Below are positions 18,567 through 28,027 of a DNA stretch of 64,000 bases, piece after piece. This DNA comes from a phage. The notes under the pieces were generated by a model, which did no database searches, was not told the origin of the DNA, and worked only from the letters and a program-made list of their open reading frames with translations. Each line of letters begins with the position of its first letter. The stretch's first letter is position 1. The stretch lies in sequence record NC_101835.1. One strand, given 5' to 3'. Position numbers and translations under genes: made by a program.

Positions 18567-18707
18567 ATGACTGATTTTACTGAAGCTTTAATGATGGCCT
18601 TGTCTGTTTTAGCGCTATCGGTGTGTTTTGGGGCGTTATTCACATCTCTGGTTAAAGTTTTACATACAGTATTATTACCCAAGGAGCGCAGTAATGACGA
18701 AGATTGA
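18567..18707 (+). CDS. small membrane peptide (46 aa)
   Basis: TGAGGA RBS; hydrophobic core; below track cut-off. Confidence 0.35.
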   Translation: MTDFTEALMMALSVLALSVCFGALFTSLVKVLHTVLLPKERSNDED

Positions 18708-18945
18708 CTTAAATGCTGGAGACCATGTTGTTGTCAAATGCATCGGAGATTATCTTGGATTCACAATCGGCAATACTTACGAGGCGGTAGTGGCGAAGGT
18801 TTACCATGATAAAGTCCTCAGTCTTGTATTTGACTGCGATGATGATGGGGATGACCGATACGTCTGTGAGGTGCTGGCACGAGACGATAGTGAAGACCAG
18901 AAATTCCTGGTTATTGAACTGAACGGTATTTTTGTAGAACGTTAA
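18694..18945 (+). CDS. hypothetical acidic protein
   Basis: ATG at 18694 after AAGGAG (track ORF 18628-18945). Confidence 0.5.
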   Translation: MTKIDLNAGDHVVVKCIGDYLGFTIGNTYEAVVAKVYHDKVLSLVFDCDDDGDDRYVCEVLARDDSEDQKFLVIELNGIFVER

Positions 18946-18973
18946 TTTAAAACAACATAAGGAGACTCTTACT

Positions 18974-19279
18974 ATGGCTAAATCTAAAGTTGAACTGTTC
19001 ACCTCTCTTCCTTCTGACACTGCAGAGCGTGATCGCCTTCGCAAAACAATCGAAGAACTGGTAGAACTCCAACTTCAGATTAAAGATCTGAAAGATGCCA
19101 TTAAGGATATCATTCTCGTTGAGAAGCAGGATCACCTGTATTCTCCTAAATTCATCAAATCTCTGGTGGCTACCGAGTTCGATATTCGCTATGAGGCTGA
19201 AAAACGTCGCGCTAAAATCGAAGAAGAGGTTGAGCACATGTCTGAGGCAGACATTCTGTTCAAACGCTCTGTAGAATAA
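18974..19279 (+). CDS. hypothetical protein, coiled-coil-like
   Basis: AAGGAGA RBS; charged heptad-like sequence. Confidence 0.55.
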   Translation: MAKSKVELFTSLPSDTAERDRLRKTIEELVELQLQIKDLKDAIKDIILVEKQDHLYSPKFIKSLVATEFDIRYEAEKRRAKIEEEVEHMSEADILFKRSVE

Positions 19280-19285
19280 TGACAA

Positions 19286-19312
19286 AGAGGGGGGCTTGGG
19301 CCCCTCTTTTTA
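19286..19312 (+). terminator. rho-independent terminator
   Basis: AGAGGGG...CCCCTCT hairpin followed by TTTTT. Confidence 0.7.
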
Positions 19313-19334
19313 CTATCTATGAAGGAGATTTGAG

Positions 19335-19661
19335 ATGGGTATACCGATTACTGTAAAAGAGCTAAATGAACGTGATGCAGGTGGTCTATGGCCTGCACGA
19401 AAAATCCGCTGCGTCTATATGAAAGAGAATCTTGAACATCTTGATCAACAGATAAAGGTCGGCGATATTTTCGAGGTCTTCTATTCCAATCGGCGCAACT
19501 GGGAAACCATTCAGCCTTCTGGTTTTGTTCTTGCCAAACTTGACACTGGAGAAGTGATTATCCCTGGGTTGGATATTGTCTTCGAAATTATCCAAGAGTG
19601 GGATCCGGATAAGATTAGATACGAAGAATTATTCGGTAAAGGTATTATCAAACCTGTGTGA
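19335..19661 (+). CDS. hypothetical protein
   Basis: GAAGGAG RBS. Confidence 0.55.
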   Translation: MGIPITVKELNERDAGGLWPARKIRCVYMKENLEHLDQQIKVGDIFEVFYSNRRNWETIQPSGFVLAKLDTGEVIIPGLDIVFEIIQEWDPDKIRYEELFGKGIIKPV

Positions 19662-19669
19662 GGTGGATT

Positions 19670-19969
19670 ATGTCTACAAAGGCGGCTAAATACTCCTATA
19701 TGCCATCAACCTCTGCAGAGGTAGACTTTAGTTTCGATGTGTTTCCACTGTTTGAGGTGGTTCTGGCATACCCAACAATACTAACTACTCCTGAATCACT
19801 TGTGCCTGTTAAGTTGCAGAACGCTATGCATTCTATGCACTACAACAATAAATGTAGGCACAGATGGTGTCAGGACGAGGAAAAAGATTTGGATAGTTTG
19901 AGAGATTTTGACAGTCACCTTTTGACACCTTTTAGCTACTCCAACCTTGATAAGCCCTCATGGGTATAG
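19670..19969 (+). CDS. hypothetical protein
   Basis: In-frame ATG at 19670 after GAGGTGG (track 19658-19969). Confidence 0.45.
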   Translation: MSTKAAKYSYMPSTSAEVDFSFDVFPLFEVVLAYPTILTTPESLVPVKLQNAMHSMHYNNKCRHRWCQDEEKDLDSLRDFDSHLLTPFSYSNLDKPSWV

Positions 19970-19993
19970 CAAAATATCAAATTTAAGACACCT

Positions 19994-20022
19994 AGGACGC
20001 TCTGTGGCGTCCTTTTCTTTGT
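19994..20022 (+). terminator. rho-independent terminator
   Basis: AGGACGC-tctgtg-GCGTCCT followed by TTTTCTTTG. Confidence 0.65.
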
Positions 20023-20183
20023 CTGGTGCACGATTGCATACCTTGGACAGATAATCTCGTTACAGAGCGTTTAAGAGCTTCCTACAAACAACTCCATATT
20101 TCGAGCGTAGCGAGAACGCACGTCCGTTTTGACCCAAATCACCATACGCTCGGATTTTAACCAAACCCTCGCGGCGTTTCTAT

Positions 20184-20212
20184 TGACACATTACAGCTCC
20201 AGTGATAATATC
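20184..20212 (+). promoter_or_regulatory. sigma70-like promoter (TTGACA-17-TAATAT)
   Basis: Consensus -35/-10 about 20 nt upstream of the 20232 ORF. Confidence 0.5.
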
Positions 20213-20231
20213 CACACATCATTTGGAGAAT

Positions 20232-20333
20232 ATGGAATACACTATGAGAACATTGTCCGAAGTTTTAGTGGTGATCCTGATGATCATTACGTCCATAGCG
20301 GCTGTTGCCGGAATACTCACAGGTGGAACATGA
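20232..20333 (+). CDS. small hydrophobic peptide (33 aa)
   Basis: GGAGAA RBS; MEYTMRTLSEVLVVILMIITSIAAVAGILTGGT; ATGA coupling to next ORF. Confidence 0.35.
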   Translation: MEYTMRTLSEVLVVILMIITSIAAVAGILTGGT

Positions 20334-20542
20334 TCAACACACATGCATCTGAAGAGACATCCGAAGGAGTGACCATATGTCCCTTGGATGAGCCAGTTAA
20401 AGAGGAAAACTTAGATTCTGAGGACTCTTCATCTTCGTCCCAGACAGATCCTGAGGCTGATGACCTGACGTGGGAGGACATCGTAGATATCTGGTTCTCT
20501 ATTATGCCTGAGCACGAAGAGTTCAGAGGTGGTAGACTATGA
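20330..20542 (+). CDS. small acidic protein
   Basis: In-frame internal start of track ORF 20129-20542, whose 5' part overlaps the promoter. Confidence 0.4.
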   Translation: MINTHASEETSEGVTICPLDEPVKEENLDSEDSSSSSQTDPEADDLTWEDIVDIWFSIMPEHEEFRGGRL

Positions 20543-20661
20543 AGCACCGAGCCCACACAGGTTCCTCATGCTAAAGCATGGCCTGAAGAGGCAAACGTGC
20601 ATAATTCCTGCGCATTTGGACGTATAATCCTGTTCACACTCTCATTTCCAGAGGAGATTTT

Positions 20662-20877
20662 ATGAAGATAGAGATATTTGGTGGAGCTGACAACACTCGT
20701 GGCCTGATTTACCTTGAATTCGATGAATCATACCTGCCAGAGGTGTTAAATATAGACTCTGTTGCTGAGGCTTTGGGAGTAAACCCTAAAGAACTCCACT
20801 CTTGTGCTGAGATCGATGGTTGGGAAGAGACCATGAACATTGATTTCAGTGAAGTAGAGGATGAACCGCTGGACTGA
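20662..20877 (+). CDS. small acidic protein
   Basis: GAGGAG RBS; MKIEIFGG...SEVEDEPLD. Confidence 0.55.
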   Translation: MKIEIFGGADNTRGLIYLEFDESYLPEVLNIDSVAEALGVNPKELHSCAEIDGWEETMNIDFSEVEDEPLD

Positions 20878-21079
20878 CACACAATTAGCTGCCCGGCTAA
20901 AGTGCTGGAAGCACCTATAACACATCTTTCAACTAAATTTCCTACCACCACAATCACTTACCTCCCACACATGACTGTTTGCTTGTTTAGTGAGCAGTCA
21001 TGCCTTGACATTCTTGCCTATCCTGATAAAATTAAGTTCTTCTCTTTTCTTTTACCGAGTAATTCGGGTTTTCTGTTCT

Positions 21080-21300
21080 CTTCGGTTTGAAGGGGTATGG
21101 AGATACACCTGAGTGAACAGGGTGAACAACCGAACCTTTGGCTATGGCATTAGCATGGCGAAGCGGACGGGTGACGAAAGAGGGGCCGGAGGACACCAGT
21201 CACTGCCATATGATATATGGGTGATAACCTGAAGAGTCTGAATAAGTGTTTAAGTACCAGTCAGAGGAAAAGGTGAATGGTAGCCGAAGGGGGGAGGGGG
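21080..21300. other. GC-rich structured island in ORF-free region (possible ncRNA)
   Basis: Several short hairpins with GAAA/GCGAAG-type loops, ends in GGGGGGAGGGGGGG; no ORF. Confidence 0.3.
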
Positions 21301-22439
21301 GTTTCTTGTATCTTTAATTTGTATATTATGTATACACTTGTAAACCAATCTAATCTGAATCTGTTTACCACACAAAGCGGATAGAGACAAATATTGCCTA
21401 TTAAACTTGAATTATTTATAGAAAATACCACAACACTACTTAAGTCTTTGATTTTACACACAAATCCTGCAGATATTCACCCTCCATATTTAACATACTT
21501 GTAACATATTCCATACTCTACCTGCCCGATCAATTCACCCAACTACATCCCCATATTTTCCCTGTCTGTACTACCCCTGCCCCGCCGGGAGTCCCATCAT
21601 ATCTGGCTTTCCAGCAAATATCACACCCACAAATATCATTGCCTGAAGAGGGTTTCATCCCATAATACCTGCCTTACCTGAAGAGCGCTTCATACACCAC
21701 GTAAATTTTTTAATTGACCTCCCCCTGCCCCGCCGGAGAGGTTGGCTTTTCCCACACAGACCTGAAGAGTCAGCCAGAAATATCTGAATAGGCCCAATTC
21801 TACCACGATTTTGACCTGACCTACAGGGAGGCCCGAAGGGTCTAGCTTTCAGCTAGAGTCCTTGCAGGACCTACAGGAGCGCTGCCAGGCGGACGGAATG
21901 GGAATACTTCTCATTCTTATAACAATTCTCAAATATCGAGGCAGTGAGAGAAATTAATAGGCCAGGCCGTTCACACAGTGGCACAACATTTGCAACCTAT
22001 TTTGTGTGGATGAATGAGAATACCTATCATTATGAGAATAGTTATCATTACTGGCAATTTAACATAATACCCATTATGCGCACCACTGGCGATCCATACA
22101 GGGATTGATAACATGAGTTACTGTTTACGCATATAACAATTATATTTATTACTATTTGTGTTGGGTATAGTTAGCAGCCGATAGATTAGATATTGACCTG
22201 CAGACTTCCAACTGTCTAGACGTCTAAACGCCCACACAGCAAGGATTATACATACACAACTGAATGTAAACAGGGCCGCAAAAATGCTACCATACCAGAT
22301 TGTAAATTTTTCATGCAGCACTTGACAAAGAGGAGGAAAACTTGTCTGACATACTGTGACATAATATGACATAATAGTGACACACTGGGCATACTCAACA
22401 CTGGATACAATAACAATTGTTACTATTGCATGCCTCACT

Positions 22440-22750
22440 GTTCACGCATAGATGATAAGCCATGCCATTCGTTTGCATGACAATAATTAACTTGTTTACA
22501 ATCTTTCACTGGCTATGCCAGGTGACCTTTGGTCACCCCTTCGGGTGTTTCTATGACATAATATAAAAGCAGGGCAACTATTAGAAGATCTATAGTTGCC
22601 TTGCTTGTTATGTCATGATTAACTAAATACAAGGCAACTATGATCTGATTAATAGATTGCAGACAAACTATCACGGGGGTGATGGTTACTGCTTTTATAT
22701 TATGTCGCGACTCCGTCGCGCCATGCCATTCGTTTGCATAGTTGCCTTAT
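22440..22750. repeat. nested palindrome and direct-repeat complex
   Basis: GCCATGCCATTCGTTTGCAT twice (22459, 22720); GGCAACTAT/ATAGTTGCC arms four times; GACATAATATAAAAGC inverted at 22555 and 22691. Confidence 0.6.
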
Positions 22751-23351
22751 TGTTACAGGTAAAATAATTACATTATTAATTATTTCTTATCTTTCTCTTA
22801 GTCATCTAATGATTCCAGTCAGTATAGTAATGTACAGTAAACATTAGACGACTAAATATTTCTCTGTTTATGATAACTCACCGTGACAATTTCGGACTGT
22901 TTACGAAAAATGTTGACACCTAAGCTGATTTATGTTATGCAGTTTACACGAATAATTATTTTATGCAGGTATTGACTATTCCGTTATTCTGTGGTTGGAA
23001 TAAATACTTTGCAGGCTATAGAATGGCGTGCGTACATGAATTCTGAGATCTGGCGGCTATAGTTATACTCGATTTTTCACGTAGAACACGCTTTTTAGTT
23101 TGTGTAAGTGTATGACTTATAAGAATTTTTACTTGTTGACAAGATATTGAAGATCTGCATCAGGTTAAAATTTGTGCAATAGCTGCATTACGTGCAATTT
23201 TGGAAGGGAAAACGGGTAAAAATAGCCCTGCTACCACACAATGAAAAGTTATGCAATAGTTATTTTACATGTATATTTGTACAGTGTGTGGGGTTGATGG
23301 CTCGTCAATTATTCCACTTGCCAGGTAGGGCCGTTTATGGTAGGAGAAGAG

Positions 23352-23381
23352 CAGACAAAAAGAAAGGGGCCTAAGCCCCTT
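23352..23381 (-). terminator. rho-independent terminator closing the leftward array
   Basis: On minus strand AGGGGC-tta-GGCCCCT followed by TTCTTTTTGTC, just after the stop of 23400-23819. Confidence 0.6.
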
Positions 23382-23399
23382 GATAATTCAGTTAAAAAA

Positions 23400-23819
23400 T
23401 TATAATGATTCGTATATTTCAAAAATCCGATTTGCCAGGTCGTTACGGTAGCGGAATTTTTCCTCACGTTTGATCATAAGATCTTTATAGCCGTACTCTT
23501 TAAGCACTTCATTAACTTTATGGCGGCATACTTTCATATTATCCTGCGCGTCACCAATAAATCTGTTGCTATGGTGCATGGCTTTAATTTCTTCTTCCAG
23601 GACCAGGGCAACTATGCGGACCGGATCAAGCTGATAGGCGGTAACATCCATGCGGCATTGTAAACGGCTTTTTACGTCTGCCACCGGATATACTGCAACC
23701 TCTTCCCCGTCAACATTGACAATAATTAGTTTACCATCGATTTCGAATCCTTTCGCCGCCGGACCGTGACAAAAAGCGTTATCAAAGCTATATGCCGGAT
23801 TATTAGATTTAATGTTCAT
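23400..23819 (-). CDS. hypothetical protein
   Basis: Own promoter (TTGACA-17-TATATT on minus strand near 23890-23862); RBS AAGAGG. Confidence 0.55.
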   Translation of the reverse strand: MNIKSNNPAYSFDNAFCHGPAAKGFEIDGKLIIVNVDGEEVAVYPVADVKSRLQCRMDVTAYQLDPVRIVALVLEEEIKAMHHSNRFIGDAQDNMKVCRHKVNEVLKEYGYKDLMIKREEKFRYRNDLANRIFEIYESL

Positions 23820-23963
23820 GGTGTTTTTACCTCTTAGTTAATTTTCTTACAACTTCCCTTCAAAAAAGAATATAGCAAAACTGCCGATCCCTGTCAACCA
23901 GGGATAGCATAATTTTTATGTGATCAAGGGGCTTTATTGCCCCTGACCATGTAACTTGTTGTA

Positions 23964-24227
23964 TTATTTGTTGCTCATCCAGTTTTCCCAAGCTGCCTGA
24001 TAATCTGCCTCACTACGGCGGATCTCTTCTTGCTCTTCAAGGCGGATCTCTTCTTCCAGGTACCCCAAGATGTCAGCCTTTTTAGTCTGGCGCAGCATCC
24101 AGTCATCTTTTTTGCGAGTGAAGATCTTATAAGCTTTCTCGCAAACCTCTTTTTTGCTACCTTTCTGGACTTCAAGAACACGATAAGCCATATATTGAAC
24201 TAATTTGAGCTGATCAAGACGTTTCAT
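23964..24227 (-). CDS. hypothetical protein
   Basis: Leader hairpin GGGCC-aaaa-GGCCC (24260-24273) then cacaaagaggtaaacatc-ATG. Confidence 0.55.
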   Translation of the reverse strand: MKRLDQLKLVQYMAYRVLEVQKGSKKEVCEKAYKIFTRKKDDWMLRQTKKADILGYLEEEIRLEEQEEIRRSEADYQAAWENWMSNK

Positions 24228-24287
24228 GATGTTTACCTCTTTGTGCGGTTCTGATTAGTGGGCCTTTTGGCCCGTGTCATTATCTTA

Positions 24288-24560
24288 TTACTTATGGCGG
24301 CAGAATTCAAGCGTTTTTAATTGATAATCTTCCTCAGCTTGGAGTACGACCGCCTCGATCATTTCGTTGGCATTGTTAAAGCCATAACCTTTAGCGAACT
24401 CATCCGCGCCACCTTCGTGATCATGTTCTGCGTTCATCGCTTCCACAAAATGGAATTCCAAATTGTTGAGGTAGGGGCTTGATGTTCCGTCCTCTTTTTC
24501 GATGAGATCCCAAATAGCATTAAAACGTGATTCGACTTCTTGATTAATCCAGCTTGACAT
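24288..24560 (-). CDS. hypothetical acidic protein
   Basis: Leader hairpin GGGCA-aaag-TGCCC then RBS. Confidence 0.55.
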   Translation of the reverse strand: MSSWINQEVESRFNAIWDLIEKEDGTSSPYLNNLEFHFVEAMNAEHDHEGGADEFAKGYGFNNANEMIEAVVLQAEEDYQLKTLEFCRHK

Positions 24561-24668
24561 AGTGTTTTCCTCTCTCCTGGTTGTTGTGTGGGCACTTTTG
24601 CCCCTTCAAGATAAATGTTACCCCACCCCATGGCAGATGTCAACGGTTTTTATAGTTCTTATATGACA

Positions 24669-24711
24669 GGCAGGCCCGGTGATTGTCTCCCCCCGTCGCC
24701 AGGTGCCTGCC
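24669..24711 (-). other. conserved 43-nt stem-loop element, copy 1
   Basis: GGCAGGC...GCCTGCC imperfect hairpin just after a TTGCAA-16-TATACT promoter; related copies at 33658 and 33809. Confidence 0.5.
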
Positions 24712-24771
24712 GTGAAACAAGTATAACAAAAAACAGGACCATTGCAAGCCCTGTTTTGTAGTTTATAAATA

Positions 24772-24963
24772 TTATATTTTTTCGCCTATGTAGTCCGGTC
24801 GGTTTTTCTCTGTCATGCGCTTTAGCAATTCTTGCATGTTGCTTATGGCTTGTAGTGTATCCCCTTCCAGGCTTGAATCGACATAATCAGGATCGTCTAT
24901 GACCTTTCTATGATTATGATAACGCAGTACCGCCAATACCTTTCTGACTTGTTCGATATTCAT
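24772..24963 (-). CDS. hypothetical protein
   Basis: Track ORF. Confidence 0.5.
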   Translation of the reverse strand: MNIEQVRKVLAVLRYHNHRKVIDDPDYVDSSLEGDTLQAISNMQELLKRMTEKNRPDYIGEKI

Positions 24964-24975
24964 TTTTACCGCTCT

Positions 24976-25110
24976 TTAAAACAAGGTGCCAACCGTTTCC
25001 AATAGATCACTGACTGCCAGGACAATACCGATCAGCACATATCTAACCATAAGGGGAAAGAGCGCCAATATTGCCACCACAATCCCCAAGGTGATAATTA
25101 TCTTTCTCAT
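24976..25110 (-). CDS. small membrane peptide (about 44 aa)
   Basis: MRKIIITLGIVVAILALFPL...; below track cut-off. Confidence 0.3.
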   Translation of the reverse strand: MRKIIITLGIVVAILALFPLMVRYVLIGIVLAVSDLLETVGTLF

Positions 25111-25112
25111 GG

Positions 25113-25406
25113 TTAACGGTTCACGTAAGTTTTCCCGTTCACGGTTATGGGCAGATCCTCCAGGTCTGGATCTTCCTTAAGGTCGCGAGCAAGCTCACCG
25201 CACCGGATACCCTCGAATCCGTAGTACTCTGTTGTGCCGTCCTTAAAAGTTTTAGCGGCAAGGCATAAGCGATAAGTAACCCCGATTTGATTGACGGCAT
25301 GAATATCCGTTAGATTAACCTCTTTTGCCAGCTCTTTAGCCATTACAGGCGCATTAAGTCCAACAACCAGGGCAACCACTGCGATCATCTTTTTCATTGT
25401 GTCCAT
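25113..25406 (-). CDS. secreted protein (signal peptide)
   Basis: MKKMIAVVALVVGLNAPVMA signal-peptide-like N-terminus. Confidence 0.55.
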   Translation of the reverse strand: MDTMKKMIAVVALVVGLNAPVMAKELAKEVNLTDIHAVNQIGVTYRLCLAAKTFKDGTTEYYGFEGIRCGELARDLKEDPDLEDLPITVNGKTYVNR

Positions 25407-25488
25407 CCTCTTTCTGCTACGTTTAAGGCGGCGGTAACCGCCTGTTTATGCTTTGTTGGTTAATTTTCGGGTATAGGTATAAATTAAA

Positions 25489-25704
25489 CTATGCTGTACG
25501 CTCAACTATAACAACGGCTTGAGGGATCTCACCTTCAACCACTATCAAGGCTTTTTTCTGCGTGATAGATATCTTTACCCGCTTCAGCGTGGCGGTAAAA
25601 TCTTTCATTTCGTCACGTGGTGTTTTAGTGCAATACCAGATCTCAGGCTTGCCGATCTGTAAGTTGCGTAAAAATTCTGTTTTGCCTGTTTTGTTAGTGA
25701 TCAT
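25489..25704 (-). CDS. hypothetical protein
   Basis: Track ORF. Confidence 0.45.
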   Translation of the reverse strand: MITNKTGKTEFLRNLQIGKPEIWYCTKTPRDEMKDFTATLKRVKISITQKKALIVVEGEIPQAVVIVERTA

Positions 25705-25713
25705 TTGGCAACC

Positions 25714-25818
25714 TCACCCGATACCGTTGGAAGACAAGATCGCATTAGCCATGGTTGCAATCAGGCCAATACCCAGGGCAATAACCAAGATCACTGCATC
25801 GATTAATTTCTGTTTCAT
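25714..25818 (-). CDS. small membrane peptide (34 aa)
   Basis: MKQKLIDAVILVIALGIGLIATMANAILSSNGIG; leader hairpin 25854-25873. Confidence 0.3.
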   Translation of the reverse strand: MKQKLIDAVILVIALGIGLIATMANAILSSNGIG

Positions 25819-25895
25819 GGTGTTTATTCTCTTCTGTTAGTAACCTTATTCATGGGGCCGCTACCACAGCCCCAAGGTAAGGCAGCTATGTGCTT

Positions 25896-26141
25896 TTAGT
25901 GTTTCATTCCAACCATCGCGGCACGGATCGCCGTAGTGCTGTACTTGAAGCCGTCCGGGGTCTTATCTTGTCCGGTTAGCTCCAGAAAAAGCATCATATC
26001 CCGCGCCGCATCATTACGATTAGCATTGGCGTTAATAAAGCCTTGGGCCAACCGGTACAATGACTCATCGTTATTAATCCAAAGGCTTACATTCCAATGA
26101 GTTTTGTTTTTGTAACCGTTATAACCTTTATTGCTTTTCAT
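25896..26141 (-). CDS. hypothetical protein
   Basis: Leader hairpin GGTGG...CCACC then AAGAGG RBS. Confidence 0.55.
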   Translation of the reverse strand: MKSNKGYNGYKNKTHWNVSLWINNDESLYRLAQGFINANANRNDAARDMMLFLELTGQDKTPDGFKYSTTAIRAAMVGMKH

Positions 26142-26232
26142 GGTGTTTACCTCTTCTTTGTTCCAGGTGGCGGATCATTCTACCACCTTATGTATTATGC
26201 TTTGTTAGATGGTTGTTTGTTGTCAAACTATT

Positions 26233-26412
26233 TTACCGATAATCATCATATGCTTTATTTACCTGGCGAATATAACATTCAAAAGCCAAATCAATAGATT
26301 TATATTCACGGATATACTCACCATAGGAAACCACATACATTTCTATAGCTTCCTCATATGCGAGGAGAATAGAATCTAAGCCTACGATCTCAGTCTTTGC
26401 AATAATAGCCAT
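26233..26412 (-). CDS. hypothetical protein (59 aa)
   Basis: MAIIAKTEIVGLDSILLAYEEAIEMYV...; just below track cut-off. Confidence 0.35.
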   Translation of the reverse strand: MAIIAKTEIVGLDSILLAYEEAIEMYVVSYGEYIREYKSIDLAFECYIRQVNKAYDDYR

Positions 26413-26487
26413 GATTTTTTATCCTCTTTGTGGTTGGTGGGGTTCGTTGCCCCTTTGATTTATATATTACAGTCTTATATGGTCATG

Positions 26488-26721
26488 TCAACTATTTTCA
26501 AAAAATTTTTCTGCTGTGATATTCTTCCCGGTAGGGTTCGCTACTTTCAAAATTTTATCATGCACTGGACGCCCAAAAGAATAAGCGCCGTACACAGTAA
26601 ACCAATAATCGCCGTCAGGTTGTACTATTACTGCCGCATATGGTACGCCTTTTTCGTTTTTGCTGACAAAATAGATCACGTTGCCATTAATAGCCTCGGC
26701 GCGTTTAATTTGTTCCATCAT
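26488..26721 (-). CDS. hypothetical protein
   Basis: Track ORF. Confidence 0.5.
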   Translation of the reverse strand: MMEQIKRAEAINGNVIYFVSKNEKGVPYAAVIVQPDGDYWFTVYGAYSFGRPVHDKILKVANPTGKNITAEKFFENS

Positions 26722-26777
26722 GATGATTTGCCTCTCTTTATTTTCATAATTGGGGGGCCTTTTCGGCCCCGCCAGGT

Positions 26778-27062
26778 TTATTTATTGATAGCGTGCAGCG
26801 GGAAAGGTACGCCAGGTTGATAGATAACCTTTACAACCTCATCAGGACAAAAGAAGTTGCAGAACTCACCGCAATAGGCCTCATCCTCTTTCAACTCTTC
26901 ATCAACATACTCAAAAAAGTAGTCGATGCTTGGATAATCTTGACCAGGGTTATAATCAACCATAGTGAGGACCAGTTCAAGATCATTGCGGATGATATGC
27001 ATACCAGCTTTTAAATACTTCGCTTCCATTTTTACTACATCGCCAGCGGTAACAATAGCCAT
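26778..27062 (-). CDS. hypothetical protein
   Basis: Internal ATG (MAIVTAGD) with GGAG RBS; track ORF extends to 27128. Confidence 0.5.
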   Translation of the reverse strand: MAIVTAGDVVKMEAKYLKAGMHIIRNDLELVLTMVDYNPGQDYPSIDYFFEYVDEELKEDEAYCGEFCNFFCPDEVVKVIYQPGVPFPLHAINK

Positions 27063-27293
27063 GGTTTTAACTCCTGTTTCTGTTAATGATTGGAGGCATA
27101 ACCCCCCTCGACAACTCTTATTATCCATATTGTAGGGCTTGATGCAAGTACTTCTTTAAAAAAAAAAATTTTTTAAGTGCCTTGGAGGCCGCTGTAACGC
27201 CAAAATAATAAAGGCCATGCAACCGCATAGCCTTTATGTGATTATATCGCTGCAGGCCCTGCTAGGGGCCTTATTTTGCATCATTTGCCGGAA

Positions 27294-27602
27294 CTATACA
27301 GAGAAAACATCGTTCACAATAGCGATCACAATGCCGCCCACCTTGTCACGGTCAACAATGCACAAATCACCATAGATCATGTGGTAGTCTGGATGATCTT
27401 TCACGGAATAGTCAATGAGCGTTTTCTTGTCGTCCAGCTTTGTAACTTCCATTCTCATAACGATATGAGAATCATCAAAGGCATTATTCCGAAAAGTCAT
27501 AGCCTGACCACCAGGGCACCCAGTGATCTCCACTTCCACACCGTCTACGATCTGACCATCAAAGAAATAAAGATTATTAGCCAGGATAAACATGTTTATC
27601 AC
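27294..27602 (-). CDS. hypothetical protein
   Basis: Directly downstream of conserved 45-bp element copy 1; RBS AAGGAG. Confidence 0.55.
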   Translation of the reverse strand: MINMFILANNLYFFDGQIVDGVEVEITGCPGGQAMTFRNNAFDDSHIVMRMEVTKLDDKKTLIDYSVKDHPDYHMIYGDLCIVDRDKVGGIVIAIVNDVFSV

Positions 27603-27639
27603 TCCTTGTTAACTGCGTGTTATTTTACCACGATTAAAA

Positions 27640-27685
27640 TTTACTTTACTGATGGCCCTGGCGTCAAGGCCATCTAAAAATAAAT
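27640..27685 (-). promoter_or_regulatory. conserved 45-bp promoter/hairpin element, copy 1
   Basis: Minus strand TTTATTTTTAGATGGCC-TTGACGCCAG-GGCCATC...TAAATT: 7-bp stem flanking a -35-like TTGACG, then a -10-like hexamer. Confidence 0.45.
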
Positions 27686-27886
27686 TTACAGGCCTACAAT
27701 CTCTTTGATTCGTTTAACTGCTGCCTCAGCGCCTTGGGGGTAGAAATTATGGTAACCGATCACGCGAGTGATACTAATCGCAGTTTGATGATCTTCATAA
27801 TAGCCCTTGAAGATTTCTTGACCGTCAATCAGCACGGCAATTTTTTCTTCTTTTTTGAAGTTAATAACGCGGATATTGTTGCTCAT
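27686..27886 (-). CDS. hypothetical protein
   Basis: Leader hairpin GGGGA...TCCCC then AAGGAG RBS. Confidence 0.55.
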   Translation of the reverse strand: MSNNIRVINFKKEEKIAVLIDGQEIFKGYYEDHQTAISITRVIGYHNFYPQGAEAAVKRIKEIVGL

Positions 27887-28027
27887 TTTGTTTCTCCTTT
27901 CTGGTTTTTGTGTTGGTGGGGATTAGCTCCCCGTTGATTATTATTATCCATATTTCGGACCGGATTGCAACACCCCGGAAGAAAAATTTTTTGAAAAAGT
28001 TAGGCCCCCAGGGATCGGGGGCCGTTA

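Noticed and set aside
20129-20542. Track ORF of 137 aa
   Set aside because: Its 5' half runs through a terminator and a consensus promoter; a 33-aa peptide plus a 70-aa acidic ORF (20232-20333, 20330-20542) fit the signals better.
22118-22438. Minus-strand ORF in the convergent ORF-free region
   Set aside because: Overlaps the TGACATAAT repeats, has no RBS or promoter context and no recognisable domain.
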